Assembly: GCA_964016885.1 (NCBI GenBank) | Contig: CAXHJY010000031.1 | Coordinates: forward strand, 124,001 to 188,000 | Origin: Eledone cirrhosa | Taxonomy: Eukaryota | Direction of reading: 5' to 3' | Length of the DNA stretch: 64,000 bases | Part shown: positions 23,258 to 39,183 of the stretch, in pieces | How positions within the stretch are numbered: the stretch's first letter is position 1 | Layout of the letters: each line of letters opens with the position of its first letter | Notes under the pieces: generated by a model | Seen by the model: the letters and a program-made list of their open reading frames with translations, nothing else | The model's database searches: none | Told to the model about the DNA's origin: nothing | Position numbers and translations under genes: made by a program

Positions 23258-24733
23258 ACTCTTTTTACCTGTTCCAGCCATCCGGCTGAGGCTATGCTGG
23301 GGCACCGCCCTTGTTGCTACACATTTAATCTCCAGCCTGTATTGGTTGACCACTGGTGCAACAGGGAGTTCATTGCTGCTGCCCTTAGGTTTCCCTCGTG
23401 CATTGCTGTGGGCTCATCTAGGATCTTGTATAGCAAGGTGTCGACATGTTTCTTGAAGACATCCACACCATGCAGATCTCTCAGATCCCTTGGCAGCTTG
23501 TTGAAGAGTTGAGGGTCCTTAAACCCCAGACTTTTGCAATATCTGCTCCTTATTCTAGATATGGAAGACGGGATCTTTGGCACCACACAATGACGTCCTG
23601 TTCGGCAGTTGATCCAGCTGCCAATGCCAAAGTTTGGTGCTAGTCCCTCCAGGATTTTCCACATGTAGATCACTGCGTATCTCTCCCGTCTTCATTCCAA
23701 GGAGTAGAGGTTCAGTTCTTTTAGCCTCGCCCAGTAGCTTATCTCCTTCATAGTCACAATCCTCTTGGTGTAGCTTCGCTGGATTGCCTCAAGCTCCGTG
23801 GTTAGTTTGACACTATGGGGTGACCACAACTGGGAGCAATAGTCCAGGCGGCTTAGGACAAATGTCCTCCATAGTGTCAACATGGTGTCTCGGTCTCTTG
23901 TCCGGAAAGTCTTCAAGATCCAGCCAGCGAGTCGTCTGCACATTGTCGCCACTTTCATGATGTGAGAGGAAAAAGATGCATCATCGCTCATATCGATTTT
24001 TACCCAGGGATATCGGTCCCTCCTGGTCCGGTGTAACTGTGTTGTACTGTATTTGTGTTTGCAGGAATTGCGTAGCGCTTGGAATTTGCCAGCATTAAAC
24101 TGCATGTTGTTGTCTTCTGCCCATTTGTATATGGCATACAGCCCTTGTTGTAAAAGGGCAGAGTCAGCCGGGTTTTTGATTGCCTGTGCTACCTTAGTGT
24201 CATCAGCATAGCTAGTGAGGGATGTTGTTGTATGTACTACAGAGGGTATGTCTGAGAGAGCCACCAAAAACAGTAGTGGTCCCAGGACTGTGCCTTGGGG
24301 AACCCCACTTGTTATTGATAATTCCTTTGAGAGGGCCCCCGTTTGCTGCGACTGTCTGGCTTCTCTCCTTTAAGAAGTCGTGCAGCCACTCACCTACTTT
24401 TCTAGTTATGGTGAGTCCGTGTAGTTTGTGACATATCATTCCGTCGTCGACTTTGTCAAAGGCCTTCGCAAAGTCCAGATATATCATGTCCACATGTGAG
24501 CTGTCAAGTAGTTGTTTCAGTACCCAGTCTTAATGATGTAGCAGCTGTGTAAGGCAGCTTCTTCCTGGGTGAAAGCCATGCTGCGTGTTAGTCAGGCAGT
24601 CATTTTCCTCGAGGAAAGTGATCAGATTCTTTCTGACGATTCGCTCCATGACCTTACTGATATGTGACGTCAGGGAGACTGGTCTATGTTGTTTGGCTTC
24701 CGCTCTGCTACCTCCTATATGGATAGGGCACTT
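23258..24733 (-). mobile_element. CR1-group LINE, unit 2
   Basis: Copy of 13185-14660. Confidence 0.88.
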
Positions 24734-25968
24734 GTGAATGCAAGCTCACCTTTATCATTCTGGAAACACTTCTCTCCAATGACATCACAATTCTCTCTGA
24801 CACACTGCCTCGTAATCTGGAACACCTCCTGTTTCTGTTCCTCGTGTTGCAAAACATGCTTGAATTTCCTATCCTCTGCCTCCCTTCTAGCTAAGTATAC
24901 TTGTCGCCTAGCTTCCCTCCTGGTCTCTCTGTAATGTGCCCTGTTCTTCCATTCTTTCCATGCCTGTCTCTTAACCTTAACTGCCTCATCTACCATATTG
25001 TTCCACCACCAAGTCACTCTCCTCCTCCCTGTATATATCTTTTTATCATTATCCTTTTCTCAAATATAGACAAATTACGACACACACACAAATATTATGC
25101 ATGGATATGTTACCTGGAAGCTGGAGAGTGAGAATAATATAGATGATAAAAGTCTATCTTCAGCAACAAGTGCTATATTTTCTCCCATGTTGAAAGATTA
25201 TTTTACAATATAAGAACTTGAAACTAAGACTAACTGAGTCACAGAATAGATAGGGATGTACACAAAAGACCTAGATGTGAAAAGAAGTGGAAATTGTGCA
25301 GATTGAACATTGAAGATGTGACCGATGTGAAGAAACTGTGGAAAGATGTGGCGAAAAGAGTGAAGAATGCAATCCCTAGAAAGGTCATCCCCGAGAGTAA
25401 ACATTGGGAGTTACAGCAAACGTTTTAAGACATAGAAAGAGTAGTTGTGGATTGTTCCGGTGAAAAGCAATGAATCGGAAGCATAACAGACGACGCTCAG
25501 CAGTTGGAGTTCGCTGCCAAGCAGATACCAATATAATATTATATATTAGGGAATCAGATAGTTTGTCTTTATTTCATGTTGTTTTATTGCAAAAGCGTAT
25601 CCTTGAAAGTGAGAGACAATATAGCGTTTGTTGGTGAAGATAATATAATTTGTTTATCTATATTACTCTCTATGCAGAAATAAGGAAACATTTGCACATG
25701 GTCGACCCTGACTATACGTTCATATTAGTTGTGAAGCTTTGCTTTAGAGAAATAGAAAGAAGACGACTATATTTGTAATTCGAAGTATAATCGATGTAAG
25801 TATGATAAAAAATATTTGAAACATTGGAGATGATGTGCATCTAAATACTAAGCATATACAGATGCACACATAAGTGAAAAGGAACACAAGCACACACAAA
25901 TAGATGGATAGCTGCACACACATGCATACATATATACCTAGTTGATGTTTAAATTTCAACAAGTCTTA

Positions 25969-27558
25969 TCTTCATCACTTTACGTCCGCTTTTCCTTGCT
26001 TGCAAGGGTGGGACGAACCTATTGAGCACAGTATCTCTCCACTTGTCACGGTCCTTCGTCATCTCCTCATTGAGCTTTAGAGATTTGAGGTCTGCTCACA
26101 CCAGCTCCGCCCGTATTTTTCGTGGTCTTCCTCTACTGCGTTGTCCTTCTACTGGGATTTCTTGGCACTTCTTTACCTAGGTGTCATCCTCCATGCGCAT
26201 CACATGTCTATACCAACACAGTCTTCTCTCCTGCACACTACAACTTATCCCAGTTAAACAGTTTCTCCCTGAAGTCCTCCATGCCTAGTCGTTCATTTCT
26301 CTCCAGCCATCGCATATCCTCTGCAGTTGCTGCCCAAGTTTCACTATCATGCAGCATCGCGCATCTCACACAATCATCATATAACCATCCTTTCGTACGC
26401 AGGGAGAAATCCTTCTTTGTCAACAGAGGAAGCAGCTCCCTAAATTTCTTCCGACCTGTCCTTATTCTAGATATTATGGTCTCGGAACACCCCTCCCATT
26501 CTAATCAGATCACCTAGGTAGCGGAAGCTATCACCCACTTCTATAGAACCCACCTTCATGTGGTAAATGTGTCTATCACTGCGTCTTCTACTGTCAAGTT
26601 CTGTACAACTACTGCATACGTATTTCTCTCTACTTGTTAGTTTGCCTGCTATCCTACTACATCTCTTGTGTACCCAGGATCTGCATTGTGTACATTTTAT
26701 AGAATTTATCCCAACTCCTTTTCTACATATTGAACATGACCATTTCCCTGATGGAATCAGAGTTTTGTCCTCTTCTCTACTTATCAATACTTTTGTCTTA
26801 GCTAGGTTCACTCTCAGTCCTCTTGATTCCAACTGCTTTTTCCATAGACAGAATTTCTTCTCTAGTTCCTCTACTGAATCTGCTATAAGTACCAGATCGT
26901 CAGCCTAGAGAAGTTCCCATGGGCAGTCAGTCTTAAACTCGTGTTATGGCTTGGAGAATTATAATGAACAAGATCGGGCTGAGGACAGAGCCCTGATGCA
27001 CTCCTACTTGTATCTGGAATTCCTCATTAAACTCCATTACTTCTCTCACTTTACTGACAGAACCTCTGTACTTAGCTTGCACTGTCCTCACAAGCCATTC
27101 CTCTACACCTATTTTCCTTAGCGACCACCAGATGACAGATCGTGGTACACTATCAAAGACCTCCTCTAAGTCATCAAAAGCTAAGTATAGTGGCTTATTC
27201 TTCTCTAATGAACCTCTCTTGTAGTTGTATCACTAAGAAGAGGGCATCTGTTGTACTTTTCCCAGGCATAAAACCAAACTGCATCTCATTTAGTTTGGCC
27301 CTTTCTCTAATTAGTTGCAATAGTATTCTTTCTGTCACTTTCATAACCTGATCCATCAGTTTGATGCCCCTATAATTGCTCATTTCCAGAGCATCCCTTT
27401 GTCGCAATTTATAAGAATTACTGCTGCACCAGTCTTTGGGTATGACTCAGCCATATATATAACTTGATTGACGATGCGTGCAACCAGTTTAGTAGCTACT
27501 TTTGATGCCCTAACCCTATATTCGTCTTTGTGAATAGCTGGTCCCTCTATCGGATAAT
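25969..27558 (-). mobile_element. RTE LINE, unit 2
   Basis: Copy of 15896-17485. Confidence 0.88.
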
Positions 27559-28677
27559 AATTTGTGAAAAAAATGAAAGAAGAAAACACACACATACACT
27601 CTCTCACTCACATGAACAGACATTGAGCACTAAATATATATTTGTTTTTAAAATATAATTTCAATAATAATTAATTGCTAAGATGGATTACATTGCCACC
27701 GGTTATATTTTATATATTTCCTAAAACTCGTTTGTTTAAAAAGCTTAATTTTTTTTTCTTTTTACTCTGACATTTTGACTTGTAGCTCTGATAAGTTGAG
27801 CTAGATTGCCAGCGTTGAAATAGTTGCGCTTTAGTTTTGATGTACCCGTGAGTCGTGGGGGTATAGTATATTGTCATGTATGTATATACTTATGTGTACA
27901 TATATCTATATATATATGTATGTATGTATACACGTGTATGTATATCTACATATATACATATATGTTATTGTGTATAGTGTATATTTGTTTATGCAGCATT
28001 CCAATTAGCAAAGGGAGATTACTCTACAATATTTTAATAAAATTATTGGAGTTGTTTCCCTTTTATCCGGAAATGTTGTCGTTTGATAAAACTGTCATTG
28101 AATTTATGCCTTGTTAAGGCTGGTTCGGTCTCAGTCAGTGCTAAGTGTATGCTGTTAAAAGAAAGATATTTCATGTGACATAATTACTGCAACAGGTTAG
28201 GTATTTTCAAGGTTTGGGGTTGTATTTTATTGTTTAAATATGATTGTCACTTAGATAAGACAGGATTCATCAATTTGTAGAAGAATTGATAGGGTTAAGT
28301 TTTAATTTTTGGGTGGGTGTGTATATATGAAACTGAATAGCTATTTATATACATGATCTGTTGATTCTCTATCCTTCTTTCTCATAAATATAGACATAGA
28401 AATTACGATATACAAGTACACACATACATATATTTCACATTGTTCTGATCAGAATAATAAATCATGTTTTAGTTTTTGCTGGTGTTGTTTGGATTGGCGG
28501 TGTTGTTGGGAGTGGTGGCGGTGTTTGTGTTGTTGTTGTTACACATACACACCCACACTGACTGGCAAAACTTCTTTCATCTCAATGAAATTTCCGCCCA
28601 AACAACTACTACCACCTCCATCCCCACCACCAGGTTCACAATTATACACACACACACAGATTCATACATACACACAT

Positions 28678-29116
28678 GTGAGATCCGTGATGCTGCATGG
28701 TAGTGAGACATGGGCAGCAACTGCAGAAGATATGCGACGGCTAGAGAGAAATGAAGCAAGCATGCTCCATTGGATGTGCAATGCCAAAGTGCGTGAACGA
28801 CCAAGCATAGACGAGTTGAGAAAGAAACTGGGTATAAGAGGGATAAGTTGTGGTGTGCAGGAGAGAAGGCTGAGATGGTATGGACATGTGATGCGAATGT
28901 AGGATGACCGCCAGCTAAAGAAGTGCCAAGAAATCCCAGTAGAAGGAAGACGCAGTAGAGGTAGACCACGAAAAACATGGGCGGAGGTGGTGAGAGCAGA
29001 CCTCAAATCTCACCGAGGAGATGACGAAGGACCGTGACAAGTGGAGAGATGCTGTGCTGAATAGGACCCGTCCAACCCTTGCAAGCAGGGAAAAGCGGAC
29101 GTAAAATGATGATGAT
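28678..29116 (+). mobile_element. RTE 3' fragment, unit 2
   Basis: Copy of 18605-19043. Confidence 0.88.
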
Positions 29117-29422
29117 ATTAGTGGGTGTGTGTTCATAATCACTCACGGGAAGTCAAATGGCTGCAGGTCAGTCAGATTTATATTTAATTTATTTCTTTAA
29201 AAAAAGTTCAATTTAATTTTTTTCTTAAAAAATAAAAAGTTTAATTTCATTTATTTCTTTAAAAAAAAATTAAATATAATTAATTTCTTCAAAAAAAAGC
29301 TTTAAATTTATTTTTATGTTTTGTATTGGGGAAAAATTTTCCATTTAATTAATTTCATCATTTTGTTGTATATACACACATGCATATATACAATTGTTAT
29401 ATATATATATATATATATGAAA

Positions 29423-30691
29423 TGTGTTGGGGGGACTTGACGTCAACAGGGGGAGAAGGAGGAGGAACATCTACTGGGCTAAGTCCCAGCCAGTCCCACG
29501 TCTCGCAGGCGGCCACGCGTTCTCTGAACACAGAGTGTTCTGTTGTGTTTTGAAGAACCCTGCTGAGGAGGACGTGGTACTATGTTACCGACGAAAGATA
29601 CGCCGGCAAAGCTAGTGAGATCGGGGACTGGAGGCGAAGGCCGCCAAACCTGACAGGTAAAGTTGCATTGACTGCTGCTCGGATACAAGCATCGAGCTCA
29701 GCGAGGAGACATGTCTGGGTGTAGCACAGAGTGTATAGAGGAGCTTCGGCATGGCGTAGCAGTTCCTCAGCAGAAAGAGAACTGGGTGGCCGTCAATCAA
29801 GCCCAGTCGGCTCGTGAGAGTCTGGACTTGATGGTGGAGCGGATGGCCGGCGGGTGGATCGGTGAGGGCATCCTCTTTGGGGGTCACCTGAACCTGGCGG
29901 AGAATGGACCGCACGTCCAAGACGGAGACTGTAAAGCTTGCAGCATCGAGGCTGACATTCACCACATCCGACTTGGCTGAGTTGACCTGGAGGTCGATTC
30001 CCGCCAGGGCAGGAACCACCGATTGAAGGTCATGGCAGACCGCCTGTACGGGCCCACCCAAAGTAGCATCATCCAGATACCAAACGTTGAGAGGGGCCGT
30101 TATACTCTGGGCGATGTGGTCAATACCAAGGATGAACAGGAGGGGTCCCAAAGGGTCGCCCTGTTGGATCCCAGTAGCCAAGGGTATGACCGTATCAGCA
30201 GCATGGCGCATGCTCGGGGCTCCATATGACAGGTAGGCAGAGGGGGCTCGGCTGAGGCAGACCTCGAGCAGATGATCCCAGCGTAAAGAGTTGAAGGCAT
30301 TCCTCATGTCAAACTTGACAATGAGGTGGCTGGAGGCCCTGGATGCCGGTTCCGAGTGTTACGGACTTGCAGATTACCTTGGCAGCCAGCCTCCGGAAGA
30401 CATTGCCCACAGCAATGGGGTGTATGCCACCCTCTTTCTTCCTGAGAGCGGTGAGGCTGGCCGAAAAAAAGAGGCCTCGAGCATAAGAGTCCAGGGCGCC
30501 ATGGATGAGCCTATTGGTGAGCGCCACAATTGCACTCAGAAGGCGGCGCCCGGCCTCAGCGGAGAGGGGAGATATCAACTCCTTGAGGAGGCCTGGTCAG
30601 AGACCATCAACATCTCCGCAGCTGCTAGCTGGGAAGGACCTGATGGCGGACATGATGTCTGCATCAGAAGCCACAAGGAGCAAGTGTGGAT
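29423..30691 (-). mobile_element. CRE-clade RT fragment, unit 3
   Basis: Copy of the unit 1/2 fragment. Confidence 0.85.
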
Positions 30692-31320
30692 TACAATACA
30701 AAACCTCTGAGAATGATTTCTAAGATATTTCACCATAATTAATTTTCATCAATATATATTAATATTATTATTGTTTATTAGGTCAGGTGGATTGGCCAGA
30801 ACAATTCTACTCTTCTTTTTTAGATGTCACGATTTTTCATGGCATTCCTGAGATCATTAATCTCCAGCTGGAGATCCAGAGACATCTGATGTATGTAGGT
30901 GAACCTCAGTCATCCCACTTGGGTCTTACTATGTTTAGGTATCCACCACAGGAGCCAGCTCATCAGGTCATCCTACCCTCAGCAGCAATGTCCAGCATCT
31001 ATTGACTTCCGCTCCGTAGTTATTGTGGTAATCTTCGATATCTGGGAATATATTTCTTCTGCTTAAGGGAGTAATAAATATATAGTTTTAAAAAAAACAT
31101 ATATATACACACACATATATATATGTTGTCATTTATAAGAGTTCTCTATCAAAAGCCTTCTCTATGTCCAAAACTAAGTATAGTGGCTTATTTTTCTCTA
31201 AGAACCTCTTTTGTAGTTGTCTCACTAAGAAGAGGGCATCTGTTGCACTTTTCAGCGGCACAAAAGCAAACTGCATCTCATACACATACATACATATACA
31301 TACATACATACATATACATA

Positions 31321-31678
31321 CATCATCATCATCATCATCATCATCATCATTTCGTTTTAAGTCCGCTTTTTCCCTGCTTGCAAGGGTGGGACGGGAACTG
31401 ATTCTGGCTTGATTTCTACAGCTGGATGCCCTTCCTAACACCAACCTCATTTACAGTGAGTGCTGGGTGCTTTTTTGCCGTGGCACCTCCACGACCACTT
31501 TGCAGTGGAATGATATGGACCCCAGTCCCTATCATCTCATTTCTACAGCTGAGTAAACTGGAGCAATGTGAAATAAAGTGTCTTGCTCAAGGAAACAACA
31601 CATCACCCGGTCTGAGAATTGAACTCACAACCTTTCGATTGCCAGGCCAATGCTCTAACCACTAAGCCATGTGCCTCC
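31321..31678 (-). mobile_element. CORE-type SINE, unit 3
   Basis: Copy of 11161-11518. Confidence 0.85.
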
Positions 31679-31945
31679 ATATACATATACATACACATAC
31701 ATATACATACATACATACATACACACATACATACATACATACACATATACATACACATACATACATACATATATATATATACATAATATACATATACATA
31801 CATACGCATACATAAGCATATACACATATACATAAGTATATATACATATACATACATACATATACATACATACATACACACACATATACACATACATATA
31901 TACACATACATACATATATACACATACATATATATATACACATAC

Positions 31946-31985
<40 letters not shown>

Positions 31986-33324
31986 ATACACATACATATA
32001 CACATATACACATATATATATACACATACATATATACACACACATACATATTTACATACACACATATATATATATATACATACACATATATATATACATA
32101 CATACACACATATATATACATACATACACATATATATATACATACATACACACATATACATACATACACATATACATACATACACATATACATACATACA
32201 CATATACATACATACACACATATACACACACACATATACATACATACATATACACATATATACACATACATATATACATATACATACATACACATGCATA
32301 TACATACATACACATACATGCATATACATACATACATACACATACATGCATATACATACATACATACACATACATGCATATACATACATACATACATACA
32401 CATACATGCATATACATACATACACATACATGCATATACATACATACACACACATGCATACATATATATATATATATATATATACATACATAAAGACAAA
32501 TTCACCTCATGGACGAGAATGCAAGGGCTCCTCTTTGTTTCGGCCGCGGATGGCTAACATAACCCCATCAGAAAAAGCCCCCATCAGCCAGTTTATTCTA
32601 CTTGTGGCTTGTTCTCCTGCTCAGGCAGTAAAACGATGTGCTTGATTAGCATTTCGTCTGATTTGCTGTTGTTCCTTAATTTGTTGTTCTCGAGTAGCAG
32701 CAGTCCTTGGTTCCCTTTCATCCAAACTGTGTGCTCTTGCTAAAGCTGTTTGGGCTCTGTTAGCAGCTAGACGGGCATGCCAAACTTCTTCACTTTCTTC
32801 AGATCGCTGTATTTTCTTTCTCTTAGCCTCTGAAGATGACCTTCCATATAATGATCTGGAAGGTTACCGGTATGACAAAAGGCTCAATGCAAGTTTTCAA
32901 GTGTTTTACAGAACCGAGATACAAAGTGTTAAAATGATCAAATTTTACTTTAGAACATTTATTTGCTGACAATTGTTTCTTCCAGAGGGAAGTCTGGAAT
33001 CATCGGAGCATAAGGAATGTTGAAACATTGCTTATAACTTTTATGCCTGTGATTTTTTTGCTTGTGCTTTTTACTTATACCTATTACACTTCCAACCAGT
33101 GCTGCCTGTAATTGTGTTTTCAAGCAGAACATCTTTTTAACTCCTGATTCTCCACATGATGCCTTTGACACTAATAACAATTATGTATCTTAAATGTTCT
33201 GAATGATAGGATTTTAGTAACATGTTTCTGGAAGAAACAATTGTCAGCAAATAAATGTTCTAAACTAAAATTTGATCGTTTTAACACTTTATATATATAT
33301 ATATGTATATAAATATGTATATAT

Positions 33325-34800
33325 ACTCTTTTTACCTGTTCCAGCCATCCGGCTGAGGCTATGCTGGGGCACCGCCCTTGTTGCTACACATTTAATCTCC
33401 AGCCTGTATTGGTTGACCACTGGTGCAACAGGGAGTTCATTGCTGCTGCCCTTAGGTTTCCCTCGTGCATTGCTGTGGGCTCATCTAGGATCTTGTATAG
33501 CAAGGTGTCGACATGTTTCTTGAAGACATCCACACCATGCAGATCTCTCAGATCCCTTGGCAGCTTGTTGAAGAGTTGAGGGTCCTTAAACCCCAGACTT
33601 TTGCAATATCTGCTCCTTATTCTAGATATGGAAGACGGGATCTTTGGCACCACACAATGACGTCCTGTTCGGCAGTTGATCCAGCTGCCAATGCCAAAGT
33701 TTGGTGCTAGTCCCTCCAGGATTTTCCACATGTAGATCACTGCGTATCTCTCCCGTCTTCATTCCAAGGAGTAGAGGTTCAGTTCTTTTAGCCTCGCCCA
33801 GTAGCTTATCTCCTTCATAGTCACAATCCTCTTGGTGTAGCTTCGCTGGATTGCCTCAAGCTCCGTGGTTAGTTTGACACTATGGGGTGACCACAACTGG
33901 GAGCAATAGTCCAGGCGGCTTAGGACAAATGTCCTCCATAGTGTCAACATGGTGTCTCGGTCTCTTGTCCGGAAAGTCTTCAAGATCCAGCCAGCGAGTC
34001 GTCTGCACATTGTCGCCACTTTCATGATGTGAGAGGAAAAAGATGCATCATCGCTCATATCGATTTTTACCCAGGGATATCGGTCCCTCCTGGTCCGGTG
34101 TAACTGTGTTGTACTGTATTTGTGTTTGCAGGAATTGCGTAGCGCTTGGAATTTGCCAGCATTAAACTGCATGTTGTTGTCTTCTGCCCATTTGTATATG
34201 GCATACAGCCCTTGTTGTAAAAGGGCAGAGTCAGCCGGGTTTTTGATTGCCTGTGCTACCTTAGTGTCATCAGCATAGCTAGTGAGGGATGTTGTTGTAT
34301 GTACTACAGAGGGTATGTCTGAGAGAGCCACCAAAAACAGTAGTGGTCCCAGGACTGTGCCTTGGGGAACCCCACTTGTTATTGATAATTCCTTTGAGAG
34401 GGCCCCCGTTTGCTGCGACTGTCTGGCTTCTCTCCTTTAAGAAGTCGTGCAGCCACTCACCTACTTTTCTAGTTATGGTGAGTCCGTGTAGTTTGTGACA
34501 TATCATTCCGTCGTCGACTTTGTCAAAGGCCTTCGCAAAGTCCAGATATATCATGTCCACATGTGAGCTGTCAAGTAGTTGTTTCAGTACCCAGTCTTAA
34601 TGATGTAGCAGCTGTGTAAGGCAGCTTCTTCCTGGGTGAAAGCCATGCTGCGTGTTAGTCAGGCAGTCATTTTCCTCGAGGAAAGTGATCAGATTCTTTC
34701 TGACGATTCGCTCCATGACCTTACTGATATGTGACGTCAGGGAGACTGGTCTATGTTGTTTGGCTTCCGCTCTGCTACCTCCTATATGGATAGGGCACTT
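33325..34800 (-). mobile_element. CR1-group LINE, unit 3
   Basis: Copy of 13185-14660. Confidence 0.88.
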
Positions 34801-36035
34801 GTGAATGCAAGCTCACCTTTATCATTCTGGAAACACTTCTCTCCAATGACATCACAATTCTCTCTGACACACTGCCTCGTAATCTGGAACACCTCCTGTT
34901 TCTGTTCCTCGTGTTGCAAAACATGCTTGAATTTCCTATCCTCTGCCTCCCTTCTAGCTAAGTATACTTGTCGCCTAGCTTCCCTCCTGGTCTCTCTGTA
35001 ATGTGCCCTGTTCTTCCATTCTTTCCATGCCTGTCTCTTAACCTTAACTGCCTCATCTACCATATTGTTCCACCACCAAGTCACTCTCCTCCTCCCTGTA
35101 TATATCTTTTTATCATTATCCTTTTCTCAAATATAGACAAATTACGACACACACACAAATATTATGCATGGATATGTTACCTGGAAGCTGGAGAGTGAGA
35201 ATAATATAGATGATAAAAGTCTATCTTCAGCAACAAGTGCTATATTTTCTCCCATGTTGAAAGATTATTTTACAATATAAGAACTTGAAACTAAGACTAA
35301 CTGAGTCACAGAATAGATAGGGATGTACACAAAAGACCTAGATGTGAAAAGAAGTGGAAATTGTGCAGATTGAACATTGAAGATGTGACCGATGTGAAGA
35401 AACTGTGGAAAGATGTGGCGAAAAGAGTGAAGAATGCAATCCCTAGAAAGGTCATCCCCGAGAGTAAACATTGGGAGTTACAGCAAACGTTTTAAGACAT
35501 AGAAAGAGTAGTTGTGGATTGTTCCGGTGAAAAGCAATGAATCGGAAGCATAACAGACGACGCTCAGCAGTTGGAGTTCGCTGCCAAGCAGATACCAATA
35601 TAATATTATATATTAGGGAATCAGATAGTTTGTCTTTATTTCATGTTGTTTTATTGCAAAAGCGTATCCTTGAAAGTGAGAGACAATATAGCGTTTGTTG
35701 GTGAAGATAATATAATTTGTTTATCTATATTACTCTCTATGCAGAAATAAGGAAACATTTGCACATGGTCGACCCTGACTATACGTTCATATTAGTTGTG
35801 AAGCTTTGCTTTAGAGAAATAGAAAGAAGACGACTATATTTGTAATTCGAAGTATAATCGATGTAAGTATGATAAAAAATATTTGAAACATTGGAGATGA
35901 TGTGCATCTAAATACTAAGCATATACAGATGCACACATAAGTGAAAAGGAACACAAGCACACACAAATAGATGGATAGCTGCACACACATGCATACATAT
36001 ATACCTAGTTGATGTTTAAATTTCAACAAGTCTTA

Positions 36036-37625
36036 TCTTCATCACTTTACGTCCGCTTTTCCTTGCTTGCAAGGGTGGGACGAACCTATTGAGCACAGTA
36101 TCTCTCCACTTGTCACGGTCCTTCGTCATCTCCTCATTGAGCTTTAGAGATTTGAGGTCTGCTCACACCAGCTCCGCCCGTATTTTTCGTGGTCTTCCTC
36201 TACTGCGTTGTCCTTCTACTGGGATTTCTTGGCACTTCTTTACCTAGGTGTCATCCTCCATGCGCATCACATGTCTATACCAACACAGTCTTCTCTCCTG
36301 CACACTACAACTTATCCCAGTTAAACAGTTTCTCCCTGAAGTCCTCCATGCCTAGTCGTTCATTTCTCTCCAGCCATCGCATATCCTCTGCAGTTGCTGC
36401 CCAAGTTTCACTATCATGCAGCATCGCGCATCTCACACAATCATCATATAACCATCCTTTCGTACGCAGGGAGAAATCCTTCTTTGTCAACAGAGGAAGC
36501 AGCTCCCTAAATTTCTTCCGACCTGTCCTTATTCTAGATATTATGGTCTCGGAACACCCCTCCCATTCTAATCAGATCACCTAGGTAGCGGAAGCTATCA
36601 CCCACTTCTATAGAACCCACCTTCATGTGGTAAATGTGTCTATCACTGCGTCTTCTACTGTCAAGTTCTGTACAACTACTGCATACGTATTTCTCTCTAC
36701 TTGTTAGTTTGCCTGCTATCCTACTACATCTCTTGTGTACCCAGGATCTGCATTGTGTACATTTTATAGAATTTATCCCAACTCCTTTTCTACATATTGA
36801 ACATGACCATTTCCCTGATGGAATCAGAGTTTTGTCCTCTTCTCTACTTATCAATACTTTTGTCTTAGCTAGGTTCACTCTCAGTCCTCTTGATTCCAAC
36901 TGCTTTTTCCATAGACAGAATTTCTTCTCTAGTTCCTCTACTGAATCTGCTATAAGTACCAGATCGTCAGCCTAGAGAAGTTCCCATGGGCAGTCAGTCT
37001 TAAACTCGTGTTATGGCTTGGAGAATTATAATGAACAAGATCGGGCTGAGGACAGAGCCCTGATGCACTCCTACTTGTATCTGGAATTCCTCATTAAACT
37101 CCATTACTTCTCTCACTTTACTGACAGAACCTCTGTACTTAGCTTGCACTGTCCTCACAAGCCATTCCTCTACACCTATTTTCCTTAGCGACCACCAGAT
37201 GACAGATCGTGGTACACTATCAAAGACCTCCTCTAAGTCATCAAAAGCTAAGTATAGTGGCTTATTCTTCTCTAATGAACCTCTCTTGTAGTTGTATCAC
37301 TAAGAAGAGGGCATCTGTTGTACTTTTCCCAGGCATAAAACCAAACTGCATCTCATTTAGTTTGGCCCTTTCTCTAATTAGTTGCAATAGTATTCTTTCT
37401 GTCACTTTCATAACCTGATCCATCAGTTTGATGCCCCTATAATTGCTCATTTCCAGAGCATCCCTTTGTCGCAATTTATAAGAATTACTGCTGCACCAGT
37501 CTTTGGGTATGACTCAGCCATATATATAACTTGATTGACGATGCGTGCAACCAGTTTAGTAGCTACTTTTGATGCCCTAACCCTATATTCGTCTTTGTGA
37601 ATAGCTGGTCCCTCTATCGGATAAT
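36036..37625 (-). mobile_element. RTE LINE, unit 3
   Basis: Copy of 15896-17485. Confidence 0.88.
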
Positions 37626-38744
37626 AATTTGTGAAAAAAATGAAAGAAGAAAACACACACATACACTCTCTCACTCACATGAACAGACATTGAGCACTAA
37701 ATATATATTTGTTTTTAAAATATAATTTCAATAATAATTAATTGCTAAGATGGATTACATTGCCACCGGTTATATTTTATATATTTCCTAAAACTCGTTT
37801 GTTTAAAAAGCTTAATTTTTTTTTCTTTTTACTCTGACATTTTGACTTGTAGCTCTGATAAGTTGAGCTAGATTGCCAGCGTTGAAATAGTTGCGCTTTA
37901 GTTTTGATGTACCCGTGAGTCGTGGGGGTATAGTATATTGTCATGTATGTATATACTTATGTGTACATATATCTATATATATATGTATGTATGTATACAC
38001 GTGTATGTATATCTACATATATACATATATGTTATTGTGTATAGTGTATATTTGTTTATGCAGCATTCCAATTAGCAAAGGGAGATTACTCTACAATATT
38101 TTAATAAAATTATTGGAGTTGTTTCCCTTTTATCCGGAAATGTTGTCGTTTGATAAAACTGTCATTGAATTTATGCCTTGTTAAGGCTGGTTCGGTCTCA
38201 GTCAGTGCTAAGTGTATGCTGTTAAAAGAAAGATATTTCATGTGACATAATTACTGCAACAGGTTAGGTATTTTCAAGGTTTGGGGTTGTATTTTATTGT
38301 TTAAATATGATTGTCACTTAGATAAGACAGGATTCATCAATTTGTAGAAGAATTGATAGGGTTAAGTTTTAATTTTTGGGTGGGTGTGTATATATGAAAC
38401 TGAATAGCTATTTATATACATGATCTGTTGATTCTCTATCCTTCTTTCTCATAAATATAGACATAGAAATTACGATATACAAGTACACACATACATATAT
38501 TTCACATTGTTCTGATCAGAATAATAAATCATGTTTTAGTTTTTGCTGGTGTTGTTTGGATTGGCGGTGTTGTTGGGAGTGGTGGCGGTGTTTGTGTTGT
38601 TGTTGTTACACATACACACCCACACTGACTGGCAAAACTTCTTTCATCTCAATGAAATTTCCGCCCAAACAACTACTACCACCTCCATCCCCACCACCAG
38701 GTTCACAATTATACACACACACACAGATTCATACATACACACAT

Positions 38745-39183
38745 GTGAGATCCGTGATGCTGCATGGTAGTGAGACATGGGCAGCAACTGCAGAAGATAT
38801 GCGACGGCTAGAGAGAAATGAAGCAAGCATGCTCCATTGGATGTGCAATGCCAAAGTGCGTGAACGACCAAGCATAGACGAGTTGAGAAAGAAACTGGGT
38901 ATAAGAGGGATAAGTTGTGGTGTGCAGGAGAGAAGGCTGAGATGGTATGGACATGTGATGCGAATGTAGGATGACCGCCGGCTAAAGAAGTGCCAAGAAA
39001 TCCCAGTAGAAGGAAGACGCAGTAGAGGTAGACCACGAAAAACATGGGCGGAGGTGGTGAGAGCAGACCTCAAATCTCACCGAGGAGATGACGAAGGACC
39101 GTGACAAGTGGAGAGATGCTGTGCTGAATAGGACCCGTCCAACCCTTGCAAGCAGGGAAAAGCGGACGTAAAATGATGATGAT
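38745..39183 (+). mobile_element. RTE 3' fragment, unit 3
   Basis: Copy of 18605-19043. Confidence 0.88.
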